Shown one piece after another: positions 47,786 to 57,998 of a stretch of DNA of 64,000 bases. The translations under genes and the position numbers were made by a program. The notes beneath the pieces were generated by a model. It was not told the DNA's origin, did no database searches, and saw only the letters and a program-made list of their open reading frames with translations. The stretch is from contig PBVH01000012.1 in NCBI GenBank assembly GCA_002728175.1, positions 105,037 to 169,036 of the forward strand. The letters are read 5' to 3'. Source of the stretch: Flavobacteriales bacterium (GTDB taxonomy: Bacteria > Bacteroidota > Bacteroidia > Flavobacteriales > BACL11). The stretch's first letter is position 1. Every line of letters starts with the position of its first letter.

Positions 47786-48962
47786 CACAGAGACCAGGAA
47801 GGTTTTTGCCCTCTAAATATTTGAGCATAGCGCCTCCTCCTGTTGAAACATAAGACACACTATTGTTCAAACCAAACTTTTTAATTGCCGCAACAGAATC
47901 ACCTCCACCTATTAAAGAAAAGGCGCCATTTTTTGTAGCTTCAGCAACTGCAAACCCAACTTTTTTTGTCCCGTTTTCAAAGCTGGACATTTCAAAAACC
48001 CCCATTGGACCGTTCCAAATAATTGTTTTTGACTTTAAAATAGCTGCACAAAACAGTTGTATACTTTTTTCTCCAATATCAAATCCAGCAAATTCTTTTG
48101 GAATGCTATAGATATCGGAATTATTAATTAAACAGTCATTACTGAATTCAGACCCATTTACGGAATCAATAGGAAGTAATAAGTTAACATTTTTATTATT
48201 AGCCTCCAAAACCAATTCTTTTGCTAAGTTTAATTTATCTTCTTCAACCAGAGAGTTTGATATTTCTCCACCCAAAGCTTTTATAAAGGAATATGCCATC
48301 CCACCTCCTATAATTAAATTATCTACAATGTTATATAATGACCTAATAACATCAATTTTTCCTGATATTTTGGCGCCACCAATAATAGCAGTAACAGGCC
48401 TGTTGGTATTTTTCATAACGCTTTTTAATGCTAAAAGTTCTTTTTCAACCAAGAACCCAACACACTTTTTGTTGTTAAAGAAGGCGGCAATTTTTGATGT
48501 TGATGCGTGATCTCTATGAAGCGTTCCAAAGGCATCATTAATATACCAATTACCAAGACGAGCTAAGTCTTTTGCAAAACTCACACAGCCTAGTTTTTCG
48601 TTTTTATTAAAACGCATATTTTCTAGTAGAAAAACAGACCCAGGATTCGAGTTGTTAATTTTTTCAACCGCGAATGTTTCGAGATAATTTTGTAAAAAAA
48701 CAACCTTTTGTTTTAGTAATTTTGAAAGCTCATCAACAATGTTGATTAACGAAAAACGAGATTCGAACGTGCCTTTTGGCCTTCCTAAATGTGATAATAT
48801 TACCGCCTTACCTCCGGATTTTATAACATAATTTATTGTGTCTAAAGCACCAACAATTCTACTGTTATCTGTAACAATTAAATCATTATTCAAAGGAACG
48901 TTAAAATCTACTCTAATAAGCGCAATTTTATCGCTAAAATTAATATTGCTGATTTTTTTCAT
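47772..48962 (-). CDS. pgk: Phosphoglycerate kinase
   Basis: PGK motifs RVDFNVP, SHLGRP and the C-terminus STGGGA. The track start at 49055 adds 31 implausible residues and overlaps holB. The ATG at 48962 (MKKISNINF...) gives the normal length of about 396 aa. Confidence 0.92.
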   Translation of the reverse strand: MKKISNINFSDKIALIRVDFNVPLNNDLIVTDNSRIVGALDTINYVIKSGGKAVILSHLGRPKGTFESRFSLINIVDELSKLLKQKVVFLQNYLETFAVEKINNSNPGSVFLLENMRFNKNEKLGCVSFAKDLARLGNWYINDAFGTLHRDHASTSKIAAFFNNKKCVGFLVEKELLALKSVMKNTNRPVTAIIGGAKISGKIDVIRSLYNIVDNLIIGGGMAYSFIKALGGEISNSLVEEDKLNLAKELVLEANNKNVNLLLPIDSVNGSEFSNDCLINNSDIYSIPKEFAGFDIGEKSIQLFCAAILKSKTIIWNGPMGVFEMSSFENGTKKVGFAVAEATKNGAFSLIGGGDSVAAIKKFGLNNSVSYVSTGGGAMLKYLEGKNLPGLCAIED

Positions 48963-48989
48963 TTCACAAAAATAAAAACATAAATTTTT

Positions 48990-48997
48990 TAATTTTG
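48990..48997 (+). promoter_or_regulatory. Candidate -7 box (TAATTTTG) for holB
   Basis: Exact TAnnTTTG match, 16 nt upstream of the ATG at 49014. Confidence 0.35.
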
Positions 48998-49013
48998 AAT
49001 AAGAACAAAAAAA

Positions 49014-50156
49014 ATGCTTTTCAGAGACATCCCAGGAAATAACGAAATAAAACAAAAGCTAATAAATGGTGTTGTTAACGGCAGAATCGCACATGCACAG
49101 TTGTTTTGCGGGCCAAACGGAAATGCCAAATTAGCCTTGGCGCTTTCATATGCTAGATATGTAAATTGTCAAAGCAAATTACCTACAGACTCTTGTGGAT
49201 CTTGTTTAAGTTGTAAAAAATATAACAATCTTGAACATCCAGATCTTCATTTAGTGTTTCCTGTAATAAAAACAACTAAAATAAAAAACACAATTAGTGA
49301 CCATTATTTAAGCGAATGGAGAAACCTAGTTATAGATAACGCATATTTATCTGTTCAAGATTGGGCAGAAGAATATAAAGGTGAAAATAAAATGGGGCAA
49401 ACAGGAATGATATATAAAGATCAAGCCAAAAGTATAAGTGAAAAAATTAAGTTGAAAAGTTATGAGTCTAATTATAAGATTGTTCTCATATGGTGTGCCG
49501 AACTTATGAACAAAGATGCTGCAAATAAGCTTCTGAAACTTATTGAAGAGCCACCTCAAAAAACACTTTTTTTACTTACAACTAATAATAAAAACAGTCT
49601 TCTTAAAACCATACTGTCAAGATTACAAATTACAAATATTGCTAATTTTAAAAAAAATGACCTGTTAACTTATTTTGATCATCTTGAAAAAGATCAATAT
49701 AAACTAGTTGAAGAACAGGCAGAGGCATTAAATTATGATTTAGGGTCAATAATAAAGCTTTTGAAAAATCAAGATTCAGAGATAACATATTTTCAGTTTT
49801 TTGCAAATTGGATGAGGTTTTTGTACAAGAAAGATGTTCAAAAAATAGTTGATTGGAATGAAAAAATATCAATTCTTGGCAGAAAAAATCAAATAGAGTT
49901 TTGCAATTATTCTATTAATATTATAAGGGCATGTTTAATATATAAACTAGGTATACAAACAAATACAATCATAAAAAAAGAAGAAAAAAAATTTATAAAA
50001 AATTTTTCTCCATACTTAAATCAGGATAATATTTTAAATATCGCAAACAAACTAGAGGAAACAATTTTCGCTATTAGAAGAAATGCAAATTCTAAAATTT
50101 TATTTTTTTACTTATCATTAGAGTGTTTAAAATTGTTAACTTTAAAGTCGAATTAA
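49014..50156 (+). CDS. holB: DNA polymerase III subunit delta'
   Basis: 380-aa ORF with the clamp-loader AAA+ N-domain RIAHAQLFCGPNGNAKLALALSYARYVNC, a Zn-module CGSCLSC, and LLKLIEEPP. Confidence 0.82.
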   Translation: MLFRDIPGNNEIKQKLINGVVNGRIAHAQLFCGPNGNAKLALALSYARYVNCQSKLPTDSCGSCLSCKKYNNLEHPDLHLVFPVIKTTKIKNTISDHYLSEWRNLVIDNAYLSVQDWAEEYKGENKMGQTGMIYKDQAKSISEKIKLKSYESNYKIVLIWCAELMNKDAANKLLKLIEEPPQKTLFLLTTNNKNSLLKTILSRLQITNIANFKKNDLLTYFDHLEKDQYKLVEEQAEALNYDLGSIIKLLKNQDSEITYFQFFANWMRFLYKKDVQKIVDWNEKISILGRKNQIEFCNYSINIIRACLIYKLGIQTNTIIKKEEKKFIKNFSPYLNQDNILNIANKLEETIFAIRRNANSKILFFYLSLECLKLLTLKSN

Positions 50157-50168
50157 TTCTAATTTAAT

Positions 50169-51263
50169 ATGGCTTGTGGAAACTGTAATACGTGTGATGT
50201 TTCAGAAAAAAGAGGCTGTGGAACTAGCTCAGTGTTTGATTGGTTGTATCAAATAGAAAGTGTTGATGAAAACAACAGAAAACTTGTTGAAGTACAATTT
50301 AAAGGAGATCGAAAAGATTTTTTCACCAATGTTGAGGGACTAGATCTTTCTGTTGGAGATTGGGTTGCTGTTCAGGCTGAGAAATCCGGTCACGACATTG
50401 GAAAAATCACAATGATAGGCGAATTGGTACAATTACAAATTAAAAGAAAAAATAGAGATGTTAAAAAAGAACCTCTTAGAAAACTCTATAGAAAAGTAGA
50501 AGAAAAAGAGTTAACAAAGTGGACTGAACTAATTAAAAAAGAAACGGACATTTTAGAAACCGCTAATAGAATTATTCAAAAACACAAACTAGAAATGAAG
50601 CTTTCAGATATTGAGTTTCAAGCTGACAATACAAAAGCAACATTTTTTTACACAGCAGAAAAAAGAGTAGACTTTAGAAATTTAATTAAGGATTACTCAA
50701 AAGAATTTAAGGTTAGAATAGAAATGAAGCAAATAGGTGTTAGGCAAGAGGCGGCGAAAATAGGCGGCCTAGGTTCTTGTGGAAGAGAGTTGTGTTGTTC
50801 AACATGGATGACAGAATTTCCTTCAGTATCAACATCTGCAGCAAGATATCAACAATTATCGATTAATCCTCAAAAAATTTCGGGTCAATGTGGAAGATTA
50901 AAATGTTGTTTGAATTTTGAGTTAGAAACATACACTGAAGCTATTAAGGAATTTCCAAGCTCGAAAACTAAATTAAAATTTAAAAACGGGGAAGCTAAGT
51001 TTGCTAAACTAGACGTATTCAAACAAAAGATGTATTATTTTTATGTAAACTCACCAATGGATGTTTTTGAGCTACACGTAACTAGCGTTAAGCAAATTAT
51101 TAAGTTAAACAAAGAAGGAAAACAGCCTGAAAAAATAGATGAGTTTGTGATGCTTGAAGAAGAAAATAGAATAACCTTTAAAGATGGGAGTGGAAAAGGA
51201 TCTGTTAATCGTTTTGATAATAAAAACAAAAAAAAGCGCTTTAAAAAGAAGAGAGTAAAATGA
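50169..51263 (+). CDS. PSP1 domain protein (RicT/YaaT-like)
   Basis: 364-aa ORF with PSP1 C-terminal domain motifs GSCGRELCCSTW and GQCGRLKCCLNFE. The N-terminus has the Cys cluster MACGNCNTCDVSEKRGCG. Confidence 0.8.
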   Translation: MACGNCNTCDVSEKRGCGTSSVFDWLYQIESVDENNRKLVEVQFKGDRKDFFTNVEGLDLSVGDWVAVQAEKSGHDIGKITMIGELVQLQIKRKNRDVKKEPLRKLYRKVEEKELTKWTELIKKETDILETANRIIQKHKLEMKLSDIEFQADNTKATFFYTAEKRVDFRNLIKDYSKEFKVRIEMKQIGVRQEAAKIGGLGSCGRELCCSTWMTEFPSVSTSAARYQQLSINPQKISGQCGRLKCCLNFELETYTEAIKEFPSSKTKLKFKNGEAKFAKLDVFKQKMYYFYVNSPMDVFELHVTSVKQIIKLNKEGKQPEKIDEFVMLEEENRITFKDGSGKGSVNRFDNKNKKKRFKKKRVK

Positions 51264-51724
51264 AAAAAGCAGTTTTTTTTATAACATTATTTGTTTTTAT
51301 TTCCTGTAATAAAAATAATGTTTATCAGCAATTTTTTGATATTCCGGAAAATACATGGCATAAAGATTCACTGATTAATTTTGAATTAAATGATTTAGAC
51401 ACAGCCATTAATTATAAGGTTTTTTTAAATATAAGACATGGCGTCGAATATAAATATCAAAATATATTTTTATTCTCAAAAACAGATTATAATAAAGATA
51501 CTTTGGAAATATATTTATGTGACAATGGTGGTAAATGGTATGGTAAAGGGTGGGGTGATGTTAAGGAGGTTACAGTAGATATATCTAATGTTAATGATAA
51601 AAAAATTACAAAATCAAGTGGCGTATTCTTTGAACAAGCAATGAGGTATGGCGATAAAGAGAGTATTGACAATCTACAACATATTCACTCTTTAGGAATT
51701 TTAATTCAACAAAACAATGATTAA
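51260..51724 (+). CDS. gldH: Gliding motility lipoprotein GldH
   Basis: 154-aa ORF with a lipobox (FISC). Size and motifs (..TWHKDSLINFEL.., NIFLF) match my recollection of F. johnsoniae GldH. It forms an ATGA overlap with the upstream gene. Confidence 0.7.
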   Translation: MKKAVFFITLFVFISCNKNNVYQQFFDIPENTWHKDSLINFELNDLDTAINYKVFLNIRHGVEYKYQNIFLFSKTDYNKDTLEIYLCDNGGKWYGKGWGDVKEVTVDISNVNDKKITKSSGVFFEQAMRYGDKESIDNLQHIHSLGILIQQNND

Positions 51725-54050
51725 AAGATCAATTCTATTAATTTGGATAATCATACTTAGTCCATTTTTATCTTTGTTTTTTTTAGTTCAACTAGCATCT
51801 TTTGAGTTTTTTGGACCTCTACCAAGCTTACAACAATTAGAAGATCCTAAAAGCAATCTCGCTACAGAAATTATTTCAGAAGACGGTATAGTTCTAGGAA
51901 AATATTTTTTTGAGAATAGAACAAAAGTTGAGTTTGATGAAATTTCAGACAACTTAATTAATGCCCTGATAGCAACTGAAGATATTCGTTTTAAAAACCA
52001 TTCTGGAATTGATGTGCGAGCCCTTGTTAGAGCAATATTAGGGGCGATTAAGGGTGATGTTAGTTCGGGTGGAGCCAGCACAATAACTCAACAGTTAGCA
52101 AAAATGTTGTTCACTGAAAAACCCGCAACAGGAGTGCAAAGAGTTTTACAAAAACTAAAAGAATGGGTTATTTCCGTTCAACTTGAAAAGAGGTATACAA
52201 AAAATGAGATTTTAACTATGTACCTAAATAGATTTGATTGGGTAAATAATGCAGTTGGCATCGAGTCCGCGTCAAAGGTTTATTTTAACAAAGATCCCAT
52301 AGACTTAGAAATAGAAGAAGCAGCAATGTTAGTTGGCATGCTAAAAAACCCTTCGCTTTATAATCCAAACAGAAGAATAGAATTAACCAAATCTAGAAGG
52401 GATGTTGTGTTATATCAAATGATGAAATATAAATTTATTCCAGATTCTATTTATAAAAAAAGCATAGAAAAAGAAATAATTTTAGATTTTAAAAAAGCCA
52501 GTCACAATAGAGGTTTGGCACCATATTTCCGAGAATACCTAAGAACAGAAATGAAAAAATGGTGTTCGAAAAATACAAAAGCAGACGGCAAAAGTTACAA
52601 TCTTTATACAGATGGATTAAAAATATATACCACAATTAATTCTAGATTACAATTTTTTGCGGAGGAAGCAATGCGCACGCATTTGTTTAAACTTCAAAAT
52701 GATTTTTATAGACACTGGAGGGGTTATACTAATGCTCCTTTTCCTGAAGATTTTGAAAAAGAGCAAATAGATGAAATTTTAAATCAAGCGATAAAACGAT
52801 CAGAAAGGTATATTAAGTTAAAAAAAACCGGAACACCGGAGTTAAAAATCAAAGAAATCTTTAACAAAAAAGTTCCAATGAAATTGTTAGCGTGGGATAA
52901 AAAAATTAAAAAAATACTTCCAAAAAAGGATTTGGAAGATTATTTTACTTCAGGCGACACAATCTTTTCGTGGTTTAGAGAAATAGATACTATTTTATCT
53001 CCTGTCGATTCAATATACTATAATAAATTTTTTATACACTCTGGCTTAATGAGTATGGACCCAACGAATGGACATGTAAAGGCATATGTTGGAGGAATTA
53101 ACTATAAACATTTTAAATATGATCATGTAACTATTGGCAAAAGACAGGTGGGGTCTACATTCAAACCTTTTTTATACTCTTTAGCAGTCCAGGAAGGTTT
53201 TTCCCCATGCTACAAAGTGTCAAATATTCCCGTTGTATTTGATAAAAAAAGATGGGGATTAGATAAAGATTGGGCTCCACAAAATTCGGGAGACGACTTC
53301 GAGGGGCTTTCCTTAAGTATGAAGTTTGGTTTAGCAAATTCAATAAATTCCGTAACAGCATACATTATGAAACAGTTTGGACCACAAGCAGTAGTAGATC
53401 TTGCGAAAAAAATAGGGATAAAATCCAAAATTTTAGCAGTACCTTCGTTATGTTTAGGAACCTTTGATTTGTCTGTTTATGAGATGGTTGGAGCATATTC
53501 GACATTTGTTAATAAAGGGGTTTGGACAGAACCAGTTTTTGTAACAAAAATCGAAGATAAAAACGGTATAATTATCGAAGAATTTACACCTAAAACTCAG
53601 GAGGCGATGAGTGAAGAGACAGCAGCAATAATGGTACGATTATTGCAAGGTGTTGTTGATGGGGTCTATAGCCCTGAAGCTAAAACCTCAAAAGGAACAG
53701 GAGTAAGACTACGATATAAATATAATTTTACCAATGAGATAGGTGGAAAAACTGGAACAACACAAAATCAGTCTGATGGATGGTTTATTGGAATTACACC
53801 AAATCTCGTAACTGGAGTCTGGTCTGGATGCGAAGATAGAAGTGTTCATTTTAGAGACATTTATTATGGTCAAGGAGCAAACATGGCCCTTCCTGTTTTT
53901 GCCGAGTATTTAACACGAGTATATGAAGATAAAGATGTTTCAAAAATTATTCCAATAAAGTTTAATATTCCAAAATATATTGATGTAAAAATGGATTGCG
54001 GCGAACAAGTACAAGCAACAGAAGACATATTTTTAGAAGAAGAATTTTAA
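51717..54050 (+). CDS. mrcA: Bifunctional class A penicillin-binding protein (PBP1A: glycosyltransferase plus transpeptidase)
   Basis: 777-aa ORF with GT51 motifs [12 protein letters not shown] and [11 protein letters not shown], and transpeptidase motifs STFKP, SINS and KTGTT. Confidence 0.92.
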   Translation: MIKRSILLIWIIILSPFLSLFFLVQLASFEFFGPLPSLQQLEDPKSNLATEIISEDGIVLGKYFFENRTKVEFDEISDNLINALIATEDIRFKNHSGIDVRALVRAILGAIKGDVSSGGASTITQQLAKMLFTEKPATGVQRVLQKLKEWVISVQLEKRYTKNEILTMYLNRFDWVNNAVGIESASKVYFNKDPIDLEIEEAAMLVGMLKNPSLYNPNRRIELTKSRRDVVLYQMMKYKFIPDSIYKKSIEKEIILDFKKASHNRGLAPYFREYLRTEMKKWCSKNTKADGKSYNLYTDGLKIYTTINSRLQFFAEEAMRTHLFKLQNDFYRHWRGYTNAPFPEDFEKEQIDEILNQAIKRSERYIKLKKTGTPELKIKEIFNKKVPMKLLAWDKKIKKILPKKDLEDYFTSGDTIFSWFREIDTILSPVDSIYYNKFFIHSGLMSMDPTNGHVKAYVGGINYKHFKYDHVTIGKRQVGSTFKPFLYSLAVQEGFSPCYKVSNIPVVFDKKRWGLDKDWAPQNSGDDFEGLSLSMKFGLANSINSVTAYIMKQFGPQAVVDLAKKIGIKSKILAVPSLCLGTFDLSVYEMVGAYSTFVNKGVWTEPVFVTKIEDKNGIIIEEFTPKTQEAMSEETAAIMVRLLQGVVDGVYSPEAKTSKGTGVRLRYKYNFTNEIGGKTGTTQNQSDGWFIGITPNLVTGVWSGCEDRSVHFRDIYYGQGANMALPVFAEYLTRVYEDKDVSKIIPIKFNIPKYIDVKMDCGEQVQATEDIFLEEEF

Positions 54051-54051
54051 T

Positions 54052-54756
54052 ATGATAAACAAAAAAGTAAAAGATGTATCGGAAGCTATTGACGGTGTTA
54101 AAAGCAATATGACATTGATGTTTGGAGGATTTGGTTTGTCAGGAATACCTGAAAACTGTATTAAAGAATTATCCAAAAAAGAAATTTTTAATTTAACATG
54201 TATTTCAAATAATGCAGGTGTAGATGATTTTGGTTTAGGATTATTGTTAAAGAAAAGACAGGTTGACAGAATGATTTCATCATATGTTGGAGAAAACGCT
54301 GAATTTGAAAGACAAATGTTGTCGGGAGAATTAAAAGTAGACTTAATTCCGCAAGGGACTTTGGCAGAAAGGTGCAGAGCAGGGGGCGCAGGAATACCAG
54401 CTTTTTTTACTCCAGCAGGTTTCGGAACAGAAGTTGCTAACGGAAAAGAAGTAAGGATTTTTGACGGCAAAGCTCATATTTTAGAAACAGCCTTAACATC
54501 AGATTTCGCTTTTGTTAAAGCCTGGAAAGGTGATGAGGCTGGCAATCTAATTTTTAAAGGCTCAGCTAGAAATTTTAATCCGCTTATGGCAATGGCTGGA
54601 AAAATTACAGTTGCAGAAGTTGAAGAGTTGCTACCATCTGGAGAACTTGATCCAAATCATGTGCATACACCAGGAATATTTGTACAAAGAATTTTTAAAG
54701 GTGAGTTGTATGAGAAGCGAATAGAACAATTAACAACAAGAACAAGAAAGGAATGA
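54052..54756 (+). CDS. scoA: 3-oxoacid CoA-transferase subunit A
   Basis: 234-aa ORF with [15 protein letters not shown] and [21 protein letters not shown] motifs. Confidence 0.88.
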   Translation: MINKKVKDVSEAIDGVKSNMTLMFGGFGLSGIPENCIKELSKKEIFNLTCISNNAGVDDFGLGLLLKKRQVDRMISSYVGENAEFERQMLSGELKVDLIPQGTLAERCRAGGAGIPAFFTPAGFGTEVANGKEVRIFDGKAHILETALTSDFAFVKAWKGDEAGNLIFKGSARNFNPLMAMAGKITVAEVEELLPSGELDPNHVHTPGIFVQRIFKGELYEKRIEQLTTRTRKE

Positions 54757-55409
54757 GCTTAGACAAAAATCAAATTGCAAAAAGAATTGCTCAAGAACTA
54801 AAGCATAACACTTATGTTAACTTAGGTATAGGAATCCCTACGTTGGTTGCTAACTATATTCCTAATGGAATTGATGTTGAATTTCAGTCAGAAAATGGAG
54901 TTTTGGGAATGGGTCCATTTCCTTATGAAGGCGAAGAAGATCCGGATTTAATTAATGCAGGAAAGCAAACAATAACTACTCTTGCTGGCGCAGCACTTTT
55001 TGATTCTGCAACATCATTTGCAATGATTAGAGGAAGACATGTTCAGTTAACAGTTTTAGGTGCAATGGAAGTTGCTTCAAATGGAGATATTGCTAATTGG
55101 AAAATACCAAAAAAAATGGTAAAAGGAATGGGTGGTGCAATGGATTTGGTTGCTTCTGCTGAAAACATTATTGTTGCAATGATGCATACAAATAAAAAAG
55201 GTGAAAGCAAACTGTTAAAAAAATGTACTTTGCCAATTACAGGAGTTTCGTGTGTAAAAAAAATTGTAACAAACTTAGCGGTTATTGAAGTTACAAAAAA
55301 AGGATTTAAACTTTTAGAAAGAGCTCCCGGAGTAAGTGTGGAGCAAATAATAAAGGCAACCGAGGGAAATTTGATTGTAAGTGGTGAAGTTCCAGAAATG
55401 AAAATTTAA
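54753..55409 (+). CDS. scoB: 3-oxoacid CoA-transferase subunit B
   Basis: 218-aa ORF with the catalytic Glu motif [11 protein letters not shown] and [12 protein letters not shown]. It forms an ATGA overlap with scoA. Confidence 0.88.
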   Translation: MSLDKNQIAKRIAQELKHNTYVNLGIGIPTLVANYIPNGIDVEFQSENGVLGMGPFPYEGEEDPDLINAGKQTITTLAGAALFDSATSFAMIRGRHVQLTVLGAMEVASNGDIANWKIPKKMVKGMGGAMDLVASAENIIVAMMHTNKKGESKLLKKCTLPITGVSCVKKIVTNLAVIEVTKKGFKLLERAPGVSVEQIIKATEGNLIVSGEVPEMKI

Positions 55410-55427
55410 ATTTTATAAAAAAAGAAA

Positions 55428-57224
55428 CTAGTTTTTAACAATACCTTTTTGTTCTAAATGTTTTTTTATATCCTCTGTTTTACCTTCTGGTATTGCATCG
55501 ATAAGTTTTTTAGTGTATGAGGTTTCAGGACTATTATATATTTTGTCTGAATCTCCCATCTCTTCAATTTTTCCAGACTGCATTACAACCATTCTGTCAC
55601 TCATGTACTTTACTACAGAAAGATCATGCGAAATAAATATATATGTTAATCCAAACTCATCTTTTAAGTCGTTTAACAGGTTAAGAACTTGTGCTTGAAC
55701 AGAAACATCTAAAGCAGAAACTGATTCATCACAAATAATAAACTTCGGGTTTACCGCTAAAGCTCGAGCAATACCTATTCTTTGTCTTTGTCCACCAGAA
55801 AATTCATGCGGATATCTATAAAAGTGTGTGGGGTCTAAGCTTACCTTGCTTAAAAGTTCCTCAACTCTTTTTTTTCTTTCATCATCGTCTTTTAAAATAT
55901 TATGCACCTGCATAGGCTCCATGATTGCATTTCCAATAGTCATTCTAGGGTTTAATGAAGAATACGGGTCTTGAAAAATAATTTGAACTTCTTTTCGGAA
56001 CAATCGTAATTCTTCACTGTTCATAGTAGAAACATCCTTTCCTTTGTAAACTATTTTTCCAGACGTTGGTTCTTCGAGTCTTAAAATTGTTCTTCCACAT
56101 GTAGTTTTACCACACCCACTTTCTCCAACAAGACCAAGGGTTTCTCCCTTATAAACATCAAAAGAAATGTTATCAACTGCTTTAACATAACTTGTTATAC
56201 CCCCAAAAAACCCATTCCTTACAGGAAAATAAGTTTTGAGATTATTTATTTTTAGTATGGGGTCTTGAGAATAAATTTCATCATGTTTTAGTTTTCTTTG
56301 TTTGGTTGAGATGACAAGGTCTTTTGTAAAATCATAAACAGAAACATTGTTATCAATAATTTTTCCTTCGCTATCAGTTTGCATAAAATCAGAAACTGTT
56401 GGAAGAAATTTATAACGCTTATCTAGAGGAGGCCTACAAGCTAGCAAGCCTTTTGTGTACGGGTGTTTAGGATTTGTAAATATATCCCAAACATTGCCCT
56501 GTTCGACAATCTTGCCTTTATACATAACAACTACTTTATCAGCAAGCTCTGCAATTACCCCAAGATCATGCGTTATAAACATAATACCCATATTTTGTTC
56601 TTTTTGTAATTTTTGCATTAACTTTAATATGGTTTTTTGAACAGTAACATCCAAAGCTGTTGTTGGTTCATCTGCAATTAGAACTGATGGTTCACAACTC
56701 ATAGCCATAGCAATCATTACTCTCTGTTTTTGACCACCTGAAATTTGATGAGGGTAGGTTGAAAATATTCTTTCAGGTTCTGGTAGCTGAACTTTTTCAA
56801 ACAGCTTAATAGTTAATTTTTTAGCTTCATCTACACTAAGGTTTTGGTGTAGAGTTATAGCCTCCATAACTTGATCTCCACATGTGAAAACAGGATTCAG
56901 AGATGTCATTGGTTCTTGAAAAATCATAGCGAGATCGTTACCGCGATAAGTTCTCATTTCATCTTCTGATAGCTTTAACAAATCTACTGAACCACCATCT
57001 TTATGAAAAATTATTTCTCCACCACTAATAATACCTGGTGGACTAGGAATTAATCTCATGGCGGACAAGGAAGTAACAGATTTACCTGACCCTGATTCAC
57101 CAACAATACCGATTGTTTCCCCTTTATTTAATACAAAACTTACATCATTTACTGCTTTTACAATTGTACCTTCTGTATGAAAATCCGTACACAGATTTTT
57201 AAATTCTAATAATTTTTTGCTCAT
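55428..57224 (-). CDS. ABC transporter ATP-binding protein with two fused nucleotide-binding domains (Dpp/Opp or YejF-like)
   Basis: 598-aa ORF with two Walker A sites (GESGSGKS, GESGCGKT), two signature motifs (SGGQKQR, SGGQRQR) and oligopeptide-type C-terminal extensions. Confidence 0.85.
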   Translation of the reverse strand: MSKKLLEFKNLCTDFHTEGTIVKAVNDVSFVLNKGETIGIVGESGSGKSVTSLSAMRLIPSPPGIISGGEIIFHKDGGSVDLLKLSEDEMRTYRGNDLAMIFQEPMTSLNPVFTCGDQVMEAITLHQNLSVDEAKKLTIKLFEKVQLPEPERIFSTYPHQISGGQKQRVMIAMAMSCEPSVLIADEPTTALDVTVQKTILKLMQKLQKEQNMGIMFITHDLGVIAELADKVVVMYKGKIVEQGNVWDIFTNPKHPYTKGLLACRPPLDKRYKFLPTVSDFMQTDSEGKIIDNNVSVYDFTKDLVISTKQRKLKHDEIYSQDPILKINNLKTYFPVRNGFFGGITSYVKAVDNISFDVYKGETLGLVGESGCGKTTCGRTILRLEEPTSGKIVYKGKDVSTMNSEELRLFRKEVQIIFQDPYSSLNPRMTIGNAIMEPMQVHNILKDDDERKKRVEELLSKVSLDPTHFYRYPHEFSGGQRQRIGIARALAVNPKFIICDESVSALDVSVQAQVLNLLNDLKDEFGLTYIFISHDLSVVKYMSDRMVVMQSGKIEEMGDSDKIYNSPETSYTKKLIDAIPEGKTEDIKKHLEQKGIVKN

Positions 57225-57305
57225 TACATATTTTGTTTGGAGTATAAAAATAAAACTTTTGAAATTAAATAATGTAAACTTCTAAATAAATAACACTCTA
57301 ATATT

Positions 57306-57995
57306 TTAAGAAACGTTAAATAAGTCAACAAAATGATTTTTAATTTTTGTTTTCACCTCATTAATACAAACAGTTTTATTTATCTCTTTTTCAAGAGACG
57401 TAACACGTTTATTAGCAATTCCACAAGGAACAATGTTGTCAAAATAAGATAGATCAGTGTTAATATTAAATGCAAAACCGTGCATAGTTACCCATCTACT
57501 TGTTTTTACACCAATTGCACATATTTTGCGTGAATTTTTTTTTGCTACATCAATCCAAACTCCGGTCTCACCCTTAGATCTTTCTCCAACAACGCCATAG
57601 TCGTTTAAGGTTTTGATAACAACCTCTTCTAATAAGCGCAAATACCTGTTAATGTCAGAAAAAAAATTATCCAAATCCAGTATTGGATATCCAACAATTT
57701 GTCCAGGTCCGTGATAAGTTATGTCTCCACCTCTATTTGTTACATAGTATTTTGTGTTTCTAGATTTTAGAAAACTTTGACTAACCAAAAGGTTATTTTT
57801 GTCACCGCTTTTACCAATAGTATAGACATGGTTGTGTTCACAAAATATAAAATGATTTTTGGTGGGGAGAGTTAAATCCTCCTTTCTATTTTTTGACTTT
57901 GTTTGAAGAATTTCAGAAAAAAGAACATCTTGGTATTCCCAACACTCTTTATAGTCAGTTCTACCAAGATCTATAAAATCAACCTTTTTGTTCAT
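57306..57995 (-). CDS. lipB: Lipoyl(octanoyl) transferase
   Basis: 229-aa ORF with RGGDITYHGPGQ and RKICAIGV motifs. Confidence 0.9.
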   Translation of the reverse strand: MNKKVDFIDLGRTDYKECWEYQDVLFSEILQTKSKNRKEDLTLPTKNHFIFCEHNHVYTIGKSGDKNNLLVSQSFLKSRNTKYYVTNRGGDITYHGPGQIVGYPILDLDNFFSDINRYLRLLEEVVIKTLNDYGVVGERSKGETGVWIDVAKKNSRKICAIGVKTSRWVTMHGFAFNINTDLSYFDNIVPCGIANKRVTSLEKEINKTVCINEVKTKIKNHFVDLFNVS

Positions 57996-57998
57996 TAA

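Noticed and set aside
48963-49055. The long N-terminal extensions proposed by the track for pgk (49055), lysS (58991, TTG), acpP (39847, TTG), dut (11885) and the DUF4292 gene (8739).
   Set aside because: The extensions add non-homologous residues, overlap neighbouring genes or candidate promoter boxes, and internal ATGs reproduce the canonical N-termini of these families.
54033-54470. 145-aa minus-strand ORF overlapping the end of the PBP1A gene and the start of scoA.
   Set aside because: It is antisense to the strongly supported scoA coding sequence. Its translation is low-complexity and P/S/N-rich. It has no independent start context.
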